Origin: an uncultured bacterium
GTDB lineage: Bacteria; DAOPZR01
Length of the DNA stretch: 36,394 nucleotides
Assembly: GCA_964637655.1 (NCBI GenBank)
Contig: CAZWUZ010000005.1
Span: 1 to 36,394, forward strand
Direction of reading: 5' to 3'
Positions 1 to 9,311 of the stretch are shown piece by piece. Below the pieces are notes generated by a model that saw only the letters and a program-made list of their open reading frames with translations, did no database searches and was not told where the DNA came from. A program made the translations under genes and the position numbers. Each line of letters opens with the position of its first letter. Within the stretch, counting starts at the first letter, position 1.

Positions 1-40
1 TATTGAGGCGCCTGATAAGCGTGAAAAGTGAGTGCTAAAT

Positions 41-105
41 GGCCAACTTCGCGCTCCTGCGCTTCGCCGCTGGCGCGGCTCAACGCAGAGCGCTAATCGT
101 TGGCC
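41..105 (+). repeat. attC site (65 bp)
   Basis: R'' GGCCAAC (41-47) and R' GTTGGCC (99-105). L'' GCGCTCCTGCG pairs with L' CGCAGAGCGC, leaving one extrahelical base. Confidence 0.9.
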
Positions 106-207
106 TGGATGAAGAGAATGATAGACTTATAAAGTCCAGTTCCGGCAAATATGTGTATAAGATATCACAGAGTTGTGTCGACCCAGTCGTATGGAAAGGT
201 GGATGTT

Positions 208-861
208 ATGAAAGCAATTCGGTTTATTGTTGTTGCCGTTATAGTGACGGTAATTCAGTGCGGAGTAATATGGGCTGATACCACGGGGATGGTGTATTAT
301 TCGCATATCACCGAAACGGAGGATTTCTACTATCGTCCAATAGTATTGTCTGACACCATCAGAGTGGTAGTTCCATCATATGATGATGAACGTGATACTT
401 GGAGCTTTATGTATTTAGATAAATATGCTGATGTTTATGTGCTTGAAGGTTATATTGTGAGTGATATCGGTGACACTGTTTATAAAGTTTGGGAATATCG
501 TACTGAGAAGTTGCAGGGGCAATTTCCTTGTCTCAATTATGGGGAGGACATTTATTTTTACGATGCTATTAAATGGAAAGAGCATATGTTGGTATTATAC
601 TATGTTAAAGGACGACTAGAATATCGTGTTTCTGACACGACTAATGGGGGCGAAATACTGGATTTGCAGGTGCTTCTTAATGAGCGGTGGTATGATGATG
701 TATTACTTAAAAGCTGTCAGTTCGAAGTAAACCAAGATGGCTCTCCTTATGTAGTTGTCGCGAAGTTGTTAAATGGACGTGAAATGCGCTGGATATTCAA
801 AGAAGGGACGGATACGGTAGCGTATTTGGATAACAATGTTCGGGAAAATATTATGCGATAG
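208..861 (+). CDS. Hypothetical secreted protein (cassette ORF, 217 aa)
   Basis: ATG 208 follows AAAGGTGG; signal-peptide-like N-terminus MKAIRFIVVAVIVTVIQCGVIWA; AT-rich; lies between two attC sites. Confidence 0.75.
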   Translation: MKAIRFIVVAVIVTVIQCGVIWADTTGMVYYSHITETEDFYYRPIVLSDTIRVVVPSYDDERDTWSFMYLDKYADVYVLEGYIVSDIGDTVYKVWEYRTEKLQGQFPCLNYGEDIYFYDAIKWKEHMLVLYYVKGRLEYRVSDTTNGGEILDLQVLLNERWYDDVLLKSCQFEVNQDGSPYVVVAKLLNGREMRWIFKEGTDTVAYLDNNVRENIMR

Positions 862-946
862 ATGGCCTCTCCACGAAAACCGGTCCGAGTGCATCTGGAA
901 GAGCATGTTGACCGGCTACCCGGGACGCGGTAGAATAGACGGCAGG

Positions 947-997
947 GGCTAACTTGTCGCAGAACGCGCCAGGGCGCGTGAGCGCCAATCGTTGGCC
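947..997 (+). repeat. Shortened/degenerate attC site (51 bp)
   Basis: GGCTAAC (947-953) to GTTGGCC (991-997). The right arm GAGCGCCAATCGTTGGCC matches the family; there is an internal ACGCGCC/GGCGCGT stem; the L'' arm is degenerate. Confidence 0.7.
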
Positions 998-1128
998 ATA
1001 AAGGAAATGATGATGATAATAACGATGCGCCTGTAACCTTGTCCAGTGGCGGCCGTCTAAATATAGTGCCTTACCGAATAGGAGCATGAAATGAGCGAAT
1101 TACCAGAACGACCAATCGTGAAAATAAT

Positions 1129-2202
1129 ATGATGATGCGGCCGTATTTTGCCATTGTTTCAATATTGGGCCTCTTGGTACTCGGGTGCGGTACGCCTCCA
1201 TCGGTGCCGGTGGCCAATACCATGCCTGCCAGCTGTATGCCTGGACCGCCCGGGCCATATTATCCGTTCCCTGCTCCGACCCAAATCAGCGACCCGGGTA
1301 ACCGCTCACACCATATCGCCGTCATCGAACAGCGTGACCCGGGCGCTCATCTGTTTCGGAATCATCCTGGCCTGAAAATTGAGAGTTTCTTCGCCTTCGT
1401 TGCTGGCAAACCGCTCAGCGGCGAATGCCACACGGTCAGTTATCGGTTTAATATCCCCGTTGAAAACGGGCGTAAGATAATTCGGGGCACCTGGTATGTT
1501 GCTGATGATACCAGCGCCACCGACGATAGTGTCGCCGTCCGCTGGGCGGATGCCTCGGTTATTGACTTGACCACTGCCGACACCATAGCCAATGCTATGG
1601 ATAGCCATGGTCGTACGCTTATGGAAAGAGTTAAATACCGAGCATGGAAACTGACACACGACGAGATGTTTGCCATTCTGTCCATGCCTGAACCGGTCTT
1701 CATTCCCACCCCAAGTATGCCTGTGTTTGAGGCAAGACAAATTGCCCAAGACAATACCTTCGAACTCATCTTAAATCCCAACCGCGGGCTGGATACATCA
1801 GATACTGAACTTATCGTCAATGGCATTCTGCCTGATACACTCTCCCAAACATTAGCCGCAACCCTCGCCGTTGCCGCCCTTGCCGCCCCCGAAGTCAGTG
1901 GACTTGACGCAACAGAAGTATACGCGAAATATCGCGTCCCCCGCCAGCTCCGGATTGTCCCGCCCGCGTTGAAGATGCTCGACCGCCGGTACAATCCCAT
2001 CATCTATCTTTATCCCTACGCACCAGACCGCATCCTCGCCAAAGTTGGACGAGCTTTCTTCCCGCAAAAAGATGACCCGACCATTATTACCGAGCGTTTC
2101 GCTGGCTGGAGCACCGAAGTCGTTGATGTTATTCTAGTATGGGATGGAAGTTGCTGGCGAGGGCATCGTCTCGCAGTGATTAGTGGATATTTGGTTAATT
2201 GA
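1129..2202 (+). CDS. Hypothetical lipoprotein (cassette ORF)
   Basis: 357-aa ORF with hydrophobic N-terminus and lipobox LVLGC, followed by a Pro-rich linker; attC 43 bp downstream. Confidence 0.75.
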   Translation: MMMRPYFAIVSILGLLVLGCGTPPSVPVANTMPASCMPGPPGPYYPFPAPTQISDPGNRSHHIAVIEQRDPGAHLFRNHPGLKIESFFAFVAGKPLSGECHTVSYRFNIPVENGRKIIRGTWYVADDTSATDDSVAVRWADASVIDLTTADTIANAMDSHGRTLMERVKYRAWKLTHDEMFAILSMPEPVFIPTPSMPVFEARQIAQDNTFELILNPNRGLDTSDTELIVNGILPDTLSQTLAATLAVAALAAPEVSGLDATEVYAKYRVPRQLRIVPPALKMLDRRYNPIIYLYPYAPDRILAKVGRAFFPQKDDPTIITERFAGWSTEVVDVILVWDGSCWRGHRLAVISGYLVN

Positions 2203-2245
2203 GTATCACAGTATGGAGATACATCATGGAATCAGAAGACAATGC

Positions 2246-2306
2246 GGCCAACTTCGCGCCGCTGCGGGCGCAAAGAACAGCGCCCGCAGAGCGCTAATCG
2301 TTGGCC
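2246..2306 (+). repeat. attC site (61 bp)
   Basis: GGCCAAC (2246-2252) to GTTGGCC (2300-2306); CTGCGGGCG/CGCCCGCAG stem around an A-rich loop; conserved GCAGAGCGCTAATCGTT right arm. Confidence 0.9.
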
Positions 2307-2333
2307 TTACGGCTGATTATAGAAAGGAAATCA

Positions 2334-3224
2334 ATGAGCAGTGAACGGTTGAATATTCTTATTAAGATGAAACAATTATCGAGAATTATTGGAATTATCG
2401 GATTGTTACTATTGGTGTCTGATGCCACGCCATCTTTTGGCAATGATACTGATGTTCATTATCCGTTCTCGTCAATGGCCGAAAGGATGTCGTGGTTTAT
2501 TAGGCAGTCAATATGCCAAACCGAAATACGGCCATCTGGTTTTATTCAACTATTTGGTGACAGCGCTATACCATGTATTGAGAGCACATTAAATTCTATC
2601 GAAAATGATATAGAGAGACGGCGTGCTGAGGGTGATTATAACGACAGCGTTCGGGCAATTGCCTTTAAGAATTGGGCACGTCGCGATGTCGCGTATTTAT
2701 TAGGGGAAATCGCTTCTGAAAAAGGAATCCCTTTGTTGATGGAAATCAAGAATCGTACTAATGACGACAGCGTGCTCGAAGCGGTGGATTGGGCAGAAAA
2801 TAATATACGGCTTGGCGATACTCGAACAATTCAATCTGATATCGAGATAATTCTTAGCTCGGATACGAAAACGTATATATCAGGAGAGGATATTATCTTG
2901 TCTCTGTCTCTGAAAAACTTGGCGGCTATTGATAAACAAGTAATTAACTTTGACTCGGTTCCTGTTTGTATCGCAATGAGTATTTCTATTATGGCTCAAG
3001 ACGGACGAATTGTTCGTAACACAATCCCAAGAGATTTACGCCAACATCAACCTAGCGACGACATCATTTTGAATCCTTCGCAAGTATATACATATACGTT
3101 CAATGTTTCTGAGTATTTTGACTTGACTCATCCGGGAACTTACAAAATATTACAGACATTCCCGTGGATTCAAGGCTGTGGGTACAGTAACGTTGTAACA
3201 ATTAGCATTGCACAGTTGCAATAA
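2334..3224 (+). CDS. Hypothetical secreted protein, helical (HEAT-like) region plus C-terminal Ig-like beta domain
   Basis: ATG 2334 follows AGAAAGGAAA; signal-like segment IIGIIGLLLLVSDA; RDVAYLLGEI helical motif; YISGEDIILSLSLKN beta-sandwich-like motif. Confidence 0.7.
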   Translation: MSSERLNILIKMKQLSRIIGIIGLLLLVSDATPSFGNDTDVHYPFSSMAERMSWFIRQSICQTEIRPSGFIQLFGDSAIPCIESTLNSIENDIERRRAEGDYNDSVRAIAFKNWARRDVAYLLGEIASEKGIPLLMEIKNRTNDDSVLEAVDWAENNIRLGDTRTIQSDIEIILSSDTKTYISGEDIILSLSLKNLAAIDKQVINFDSVPVCIAMSISIMAQDGRIVRNTIPRDLRQHQPSDDIILNPSQVYTYTFNVSEYFDLTHPGTYKILQTFPWIQGCGYSNVVTISIAQLQ

Positions 3225-3261
3225 TGAATTGCGAACCGCGTCGACGAAGTCAATATATGTC

Positions 3262-3326
3262 GGCCAACTTCGCGCTTCTGCGCTTCGCCGCTGACGCGGC
3301 TCAACGCATGGTGCTGATTGTTGGCC
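3262..3326 (+). repeat. attC site (65 bp)
   Basis: GGCCAAC (3262-3268) to GTTGGCC (3320-3326); nearly identical to the site at 41-105, with substitutions in L'. Confidence 0.9.
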
Positions 3327-3407
3327 GTACAGCAACGAAGTAGGACAGGCCGTCGATTGAATATTCTCCCCCCCCGCCGTAGCATTGGCGGCAGCAGGAA
3401 AGGCGGC

Positions 3408-5366
3408 ATGATGGCCCATCGCCTCGTCGAACGTCGGAACATGCGATTGAATCGCCTATGGGCTGCTCTTGTCGCCCTGGCAGCCGCGTTGTCGCTGGGC
3501 GGCTGCGTGTCGTCGCATACGACCTACGCAGTGGCGCGCGACGGCAGCGGGACCTACGACTGCCAGGTGACGGTGGCACCTGCCGCGGTGGCATACAGCC
3601 GCGCGAAGAATCTGGCCGACGACCCGGACACCCCGTTCGCCACCGTCAGGACGGCCGTGCTGGATGCCCTGCGCCGGCAGGGCTTTTCAGCCGCACGCCT
3701 CGACGCGGCCAGCGACAGCAGCGGGCTGCAGCTGCGCCTGCGCGTGTCGGTGCGCGACGTCCGCCATTTCGCGCTGGTCGACGCCATCCTCGCGAAGGAA
3801 TTCGGGCCACTGGCTCCTAGACAGGAATTCGCCCTGCGGCGGCTGCCGGACGGCTGGCAGGCATCCTGCCGGTTCTCGCAGCCCGTCTCGGGAGGGGAGG
3901 GCGCGATAGGGATACTCATGACCCTCGACGCCATCGCCCGGGCCGACGGCTTCAGCCATCCGGAAACCGATTCCTACGGTCTTGCCATGCTGGATTACGT
4001 TTGCGCCGGGAACGCCTGCGCCGTCGACCTGAAGGTCCCTGCCGCCGGAGGCGACACCATCGTCCACTGGCAGCTGCCCGTGCGCGCACTGCTGCTTGCG
4101 GACACCGACCTGCTGCATACCTTGGAGGCGCCCCCGGTCCGCCTCGACCTGCCCGATGCCGTCCCTGAGCTCCCTCCGGCCATCGCGGCAGCGCCGGCGG
4201 ACAGCAATGCTGCCGCGGCGGGACAATCCCTGCGTCGCGACCGGTATGACGAGGCCGTCGCTGCGGCGCTCCTGGTGCGCAGCAGCGACCGACGTGACGC
4301 GCTGCTGGAGAACATCGCAGGCCGGATTCTGGGCGTCAGACGGCGCGACTACGCCCTGGTTGAGCGCATCGAGGGGCTGCTGCGGTCGCCGGGCAGGCGC
4401 GCGCGCCTGGGCGCGGCGTTCGCCCGAAGGCGTGCGCTCGATGCGGACATGGACGCAAGGGATGCCGCCATGCGGCAGGCGCACGACGCCTTGCTGCCGA
4501 GCGACACCCAAAACGTCGCGAACGCCGTGGCCTGCCTCGATTCCGGCTGGCTTTCCGACGCCGCGGGCATTGCGGGCCGAATTCGCGACACGTCCACACG
4601 TGAGGCGCTGCTGCTGCGCGTGGTGGAGAAGCTGGCGTCGGCCGGCGAATTCGCCGAAGCGGAACGCCTCACAGCGCGCCTGGGCGCGGCAACGCGCGCA
4701 ACCGCGGCCGGGCTGCTCAATCGTGCCCGTGCCGCTGCCGCGGCGCGCGAGGCCATGCAGCGGCAGGTATACGCCCTCGACCAGCGCATCGCCCGCGCCG
4801 AGGCGACCGAATTCAAAACACTCTGGCAAGAAGCGGAAGCCGTGCCCGATGCCGAGCGCCGCGCCTACCTGCAGGCGACAATCGCGTGCCGCACCGCGGA
4901 AGGCAATCCGGCGCAGGGACTGGCCCTGGCGCGGTCAATCGCAGACACGGCGAGCATGCATCGCGCCAACAGTATTGCAGCCGTTGCCACCATGTACCTC
5001 GATGCGCAGCGCGACACCGAGGGCAGGGAAGCCCTGGATGAGGCGGCGGCGGCGGCCGCATACATCGGCAACGCGCTCGAGCGCTGCGGCGTGCTCGGGT
5101 ACATTGCGCAGGAATACGCGCGCACCGGGCAGGACGCCAAGGCGCGGGACATTATCCGGCAGGTGCAGCCGCAGCTTGCCGGCCATGCCGCCACACGCGA
5201 CCATGGCGGGATGGACCAGCTTCGGACCGCCGCGGAGTGGCTGGCAATGGCTGGGGCCTGGCTGCACGACTCCGCAGTCGTCGAATCGGCAATCTCGCTC
5301 GTCAACGATGCGGCCTGGCGCAGCGTACTGCGCCGGCACTTGACCCGCATAGCGGAGATGCGCTGA
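3408..5366 (+). CDS. GC-rich lipoprotein with C-terminal helical (TPR/solenoid-like) repeats
   Basis: ATG 3408 follows AGGAAAGG (alternative ATG 3441); lipobox LSLGGC; Ala-rich amphipathic repeats in the C-terminal half. Confidence 0.7.
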   Translation: MMAHRLVERRNMRLNRLWAALVALAAALSLGGCVSSHTTYAVARDGSGTYDCQVTVAPAAVAYSRAKNLADDPDTPFATVRTAVLDALRRQGFSAARLDAASDSSGLQLRLRVSVRDVRHFALVDAILAKEFGPLAPRQEFALRRLPDGWQASCRFSQPVSGGEGAIGILMTLDAIARADGFSHPETDSYGLAMLDYVCAGNACAVDLKVPAAGGDTIVHWQLPVRALLLADTDLLHTLEAPPVRLDLPDAVPELPPAIAAAPADSNAAAAGQSLRRDRYDEAVAAALLVRSSDRRDALLENIAGRILGVRRRDYALVERIEGLLRSPGRRARLGAAFARRRALDADMDARDAAMRQAHDALLPSDTQNVANAVACLDSGWLSDAAGIAGRIRDTSTREALLLRVVEKLASAGEFAEAERLTARLGAATRATAAGLLNRARAAAAAREAMQRQVYALDQRIARAEATEFKTLWQEAEAVPDAERRAYLQATIACRTAEGNPAQGLALARSIADTASMHRANSIAAVATMYLDAQRDTEGREALDEAAAAAAYIGNALERCGVLGYIAQEYARTGQDAKARDIIRQVQPQLAGHAATRDHGGMDQLRTAAEWLAMAGAWLHDSAVVESAISLVNDAAWRSVLRRHLTRIAEMR

Positions 5367-5571
5367 AGAGGAACAAGGGGATGAAACCGCATGCGTCGCG
5401 TACAGCGGAAATGATTGGTTGATAAATGTTCTTGATGACCTCGCAATGGTCGTATGCTGAGTTCATCCCGCAGCAATGGAGCGCATCGACAACCTGCGGT
5501 GAGCCATTGAAGCGAAGATGGTGGAGGCGAACTGACACGAGTGATTAAGACGTCCCTGTCAGACCGGGATG

Positions 5572-5580
5572 TGGTATAAT
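5572..5580 (+). promoter_or_regulatory. Extended -10 promoter element (TGnTATAAT)
   Basis: TGGTATAAT in the intergenic region about 200 bp upstream of the 5777 operon; no consensus -35. Confidence 0.5.
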
Positions 5581-5776
5581 GTGGTTGATTGGCAAATATA
5601 CCCGGTAGGATTTTAGATGGAACCAAGGCAAACTGTCCTTAATCGCGTCAAGAAAGCTACTGTAGCCATTGTGTCCTGACAATAAACTATTTGTGCTGTA
5701 GACCTGTCTTATTTGATAGGTAGCAGCAACACTAGCTACAAAATATCAGGCAAGATGGTGGTAAAGGAGGCACTGT

Positions 5777-6928
5777 TTGAAAATATTGCCAGTCAAACGT
5801 TATATGCCTCCGTCGTACCCAACGCGAGCAATGCTACGAACCCATCCAGACCTCTTTCGTAGAAGTCCGAAACGTTGGCATAACAGCGCCCTAATAGCTG
5901 CCTTGCTTGCTACCACAGCCAGTGCAACATGGGCTGACAGCGGCCAGATAGCATCTCAAGCAACACGAGCTGTTTTGCCTACTGGTGTCCCCCCGCCACC
6001 TGTTGTATATTTCGTTGCGCTTTCGGAAGCCGATGCCTGCCAAGTTATTAACGAACAACTGGAAGAGGCGGGACTTCACACCACCACGGAGCAACTGATT
6101 ACCCGAAACTTGGCGCTTGAAACAGCAAGCCCAAATCAGTTGCCCGCTCAGTCAGGGTCAATTACTGAAACCATTTCGATAACATTTGATGGTGCCAATA
6201 TCGAGCACGGTATCTCCTACGAGTTTCTTTCCTGGGACGACCGCGCAGCAATTGGCGGAAATGGCATCGACAGGATTGAAGCATTCCGCTCTGCACTGGA
6301 AAAATCAAACCCGCGTGGAACCGATGCCGTGTTTTATGATACCCCGGTTTTACTGAGTGTTCTTCCAAATCTAGACGTAAAATGCTTCCCAGGGCTGGTC
6401 GTGAGCAACCGATTTACAGATAAGACGCTCATGCCGTTAAATGTTTTCCGATTTCCTCTCGGCTGTGGCATTGAGGCGTCTGATACTTCAACCATTACTT
6501 TGATGAATGGTGTTAAGAAAGTTATTGTCAACATCGGCAACGACATAGCGACAATCAACGATACTGTTATAACATTGCCGAGGCCTGTTACCACTATCGA
6601 CGGCATAGTATATGTTCCGGTTAGAGCAGTTGCGGAAGGATTGGGGTTTACCGTGATTCAGATGGAAGAAACGGGGATAATTGCCATCGAAAGTAACCCG
6701 CATTGCGCTAATCATCAACTTGATGGCACAAATTCGCAAGCAGTATATAGAGGCTCTTTTAGCCCGGTGTTGGTCCCTGCCGTTGATTCAGGAACGTCAG
6801 ATGGTTATGCTTTCATCAATTATGATATTGGAGCGCGGAATGCAATGGTGTTAAGGGAATCAAAACGCCTGTTGCGCTTGCAGGTAGAAGATTTCATTGC
6901 TTGGCTGAAAGCCGAGGGTGTCTTATGA
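5777..6928 (+). CDS. Exported protein with an inserted copper amine oxidase N-terminal (stalk)-like domain; paralog 1
   Basis: TTG start after AAGGAGG; basic leader, then hydrophobic ALIAALLATTASATWA; the segment INDTVITLPRPVTTIDGIVYVPVRAVAEGLGF is typical of the Cu-amine-oxidase N-terminal domain. Confidence 0.8.
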   Translation: MKILPVKRYMPPSYPTRAMLRTHPDLFRRSPKRWHNSALIAALLATTASATWADSGQIASQATRAVLPTGVPPPPVVYFVALSEADACQVINEQLEEAGLHTTTEQLITRNLALETASPNQLPAQSGSITETISITFDGANIEHGISYEFLSWDDRAAIGGNGIDRIEAFRSALEKSNPRGTDAVFYDTPVLLSVLPNLDVKCFPGLVVSNRFTDKTLMPLNVFRFPLGCGIEASDTSTITLMNGVKKVIVNIGNDIATINDTVITLPRPVTTIDGIVYVPVRAVAEGLGFTVIQMEETGIIAIESNPHCANHQLDGTNSQAVYRGSFSPVLVPAVDSGTSDGYAFINYDIGARNAMVLRESKRLLRLQVEDFIAWLKAEGVL

Positions 6929-8133
6929 ATTCCAGGAAGCGCTTGGCACAAGTGAGGCCAATCCCCTGCTATATCCCCCCCGAATATCCGACACGTGATA
7001 CTCTTCGGCTACATCCGGAAATGCTCCGCAAAACCCCGCATCGCTGGCAGAACAGCGTATTACTGGCTGCTTTGCTTGCTGCGACGTCCGGCACTGTGTG
7101 GGCCGACGATACCGTACAGCAGTTCCGCGTGCCACGCGTTGCCCCATTGTTTAAGCATGGCGACGGCAATATCGAATTTGATTATAGCCGGGCCGCAGTG
7201 AGCACTTCACCCATGCCTGTCCCTCCACAATACGCCGTTGCGCTTAACGAACATGATGCCTGTCAGATTATCAATGAACAATTGGAGCGGGCAGGATTGC
7301 CTATCAGTACTGAACAATTGATAGCATGCAATTTGAAACTCGACGTTGCCCGCCCATATCCGGCCTATTCCGCCCCACGCGGAACAAGCGCTGAAACAGT
7401 TCCAGTCGTCTTGGATGGTTTCAACCAAGAACACGGTATTTCCTACGAATATATTTCGCAGGATGACCGCGCATTGATTGGCGTCGGGGGAATTGTTGGA
7501 ATTGAAAATTTCCGCAATTCTTTACTGCAAGCAACACCTGACGGTGTCGATGCCGTGTTTTATGACCCCTCAACACAATTAAGCAGCGGGTTTTATTCGG
7601 CAATAGTCAGCGTTCCAGGCCTTGTTGCGACAAAGCGCTTCACTGACAAAACACTTATGCCGCTAAATGCCCTCCTCGGACTTATGCAGAACCAAGAACC
7701 ATGTACAGCCGCAACACAAACCATCATTTTGTTGAATGACACTTCAACCGTAATACTAAACAACGGGAGTAATGTCGCTGAAATAAACGGCGACACTGTG
7801 ACGTTGCCGGAACCGGTGACTGTAATCGAAGGCGTAGTGTATGCGCCGGTTAGAGCAGTAGTTGAAGGACTGGGCTTTGCGGTGAACTGGCAAGCTGACA
7901 GTGGGATAGTAGCTTTCACCGGTACGGTTACATGGCATGGTCGCAAGTTAGAATGGTGTCACAGTAGTCAAGTATTGGTACCTGCCGGGGATACAGAAGC
8001 GTTGGATGGTTATGCCTTCCTTGGTTATGCCCCCGAAGCAATGCGGGCATTTGCTCTGGTAGAATCAAAGCGCTTGTTACGCTTACAAGTGAGTGACTTC
8101 ATCGCGTGGCTGAAAGCCGAGGGAATACAATAG
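6925..8133 (+). CDS. Exported protein with an inserted copper amine oxidase N-terminal-like domain; paralog 2 (402 aa)
   Basis: ATGA overlap with paralog 1; colinear similarity over the whole length, including the C-terminal ESKRLLRLQVxDFIAWLKAEG. Confidence 0.8.
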   Translation: MNSRKRLAQVRPIPCYIPPEYPTRDTLRLHPEMLRKTPHRWQNSVLLAALLAATSGTVWADDTVQQFRVPRVAPLFKHGDGNIEFDYSRAAVSTSPMPVPPQYAVALNEHDACQIINEQLERAGLPISTEQLIACNLKLDVARPYPAYSAPRGTSAETVPVVLDGFNQEHGISYEYISQDDRALIGVGGIVGIENFRNSLLQATPDGVDAVFYDPSTQLSSGFYSAIVSVPGLVATKRFTDKTLMPLNALLGLMQNQEPCTAATQTIILLNDTSTVILNNGSNVAEINGDTVTLPEPVTVIEGVVYAPVRAVVEGLGFAVNWQADSGIVAFTGTVTWHGRKLEWCHSSQVLVPAGDTEALDGYAFLGYAPEAMRAFALVESKRLLRLQVSDFIAWLKAEGIQ

Positions 8134-8141
8134 GCTACACC

Positions 8142-9311
8142 ATGCACTTAACCCTGCATCTGACCGGACGCTGCAACTTACGTTGTCGCTACTGTTACGA
8201 CCAAATGAAAAGCGGCGGCGATATGACCCTTGATACGGCAAAAACTGCAATAGAATTCGCACTGCAGCAGTTTCGAAAGGAACAACGCAGTGGCAGCATG
8301 GGAATCAGCTTTTTCGGTGGCGAACCTTTATTGATGCGCGAACTTGTTAAGCAGACTGTACGACACTGCCGAGTGCTTTCGTCTGAAACCAAACAACTAT
8401 TCCACTTCCGACTGACCACCAACGGGACGTTGCTGGACGAGGAATTTCTCACTGGGACGGATACGGGGGAAATATTCGTGGCGTTAAGCCATGATGGTAT
8501 CGCTTCGGCGCACGACACCCATCGCGTTAATGCCACGGGCCACGGCAGTTTCGCCACGATTAACAGCGTCATTTACCTGCTACTGAGGCATAAACCTTAT
8601 TCGCCGGTCATGCTCACTGTGACTCCGGAGACAGCGGGTTCGTATGCGGAATCGGTAAAGTATCTGTATGGGCGTGGTTTTCGCTACCTCATTTGCACGT
8701 TAAACTTTGCAGGCGCGTGGAATGATGCTGCAATGAAGACATTGACCCGGCAATATCAACTCCTTGCTGAATGGTATGAACTGGAAATGAAAAAGGAGGA
8801 AAAGTTCTATTTCAGCCCATTTGAGAGTAAAATTGCCTCCCATGTTGTTCCAGGGAGCTGTCGGAAGGGGCGTTGTGATTTTGGCCGCCGTCAAATATCC
8901 GTGGCACCTAATGGACGGCTATATCCCTGCGTGCAATTTGTCGGTGATGGCAGCAACGACACTTACTGTATCGGTGATGTCTATTCGGGATTAGATACTG
9001 CCAAACACGCCGTGCTTTATGCCGAAAACGATGCTGATAAATCGGAATGTGGTCGATGTGCGGTACGCGAGCGATGCAACCATTTCTGCGGATGCTTGAA
9101 CTGGCAAGCGACCGGTCGCCTGACAAATGTTGCACCAGCGGTCTGTGCACACGAACGCATAATTATTCCAATTGTCGATAAAATGGCGACAAGCCTGTTT
9201 AAGAGCCGCAACGCTCTGTTTATACAGAAACACTATAATGACATTTATCCATTTCTCTCCCTAATCGAGGATATGCAGATGAAGGCAACGACAGATGGGA
9301 AATCCAATTGA
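8142..9311 (+). CDS. Radical SAM enzyme with SPASM domain (389 aa)
   Basis: CNLRCRYC (CxxxCxxC); FFGGEP; SPASM signature C...ISVAPNGRLYPC...IGDV followed by CGRCAVRERCNHFC (Cx2Cx5Cx3C). Confidence 0.95.
   Translation: MHLTLHLTGRCNLRCRYCYDQMKSGGDMTLDTAKTAIEFALQQFRKEQRSGSMGISFFGGEPLLMRELVKQTVRHCRVLSSETKQLFHFRLTTNGTLLDEEFLTGTDTGEIFVALSHDGIASAHDTHRVNATGHGSFATINSVIYLLLRHKPYSPVMLTVTPETAGSYAESVKYLYGRGFRYLICTLNFAGAWNDAAMKTLTRQYQLLAEWYELEMKKEEKFYFSPFESKIASHVVPGSCRKGRCDFGRRQISVAPNGRLYPCVQFVGDGSNDTYCIGDVYSGLDTAKHAVLYAENDADKSECGRCAVRERCNHFCGCLNWQATGRLTNVAPAVCAHERIIIPIVDKMATSLFKSRNALFIQKHYNDIYPFLSLIEDMQMKATTDGKSN

Noticed and set aside
39-278. 79-aa ORF, and ORF-track starts at 2301 and 3318 that begin inside attC sites
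   Set aside because: They read through the attC palindromes; better starts with an RBS and signal peptide exist downstream.
3687-5626. Long antisense and alternate-frame ORFs over the GC-rich lipoprotein gene
   Set aside because: Shadow ORFs expected at very high GC; Arg/Ala-rich and without motifs.
5617-5750. 20-codon ORF MEPRQTVLNRVKKATVAIVS and a weak CCTGA/TCAGG inverted pair (possible truncated gene or MITE)
   Set aside because: The match is too short to separate from chance; no target-site duplication is evident.
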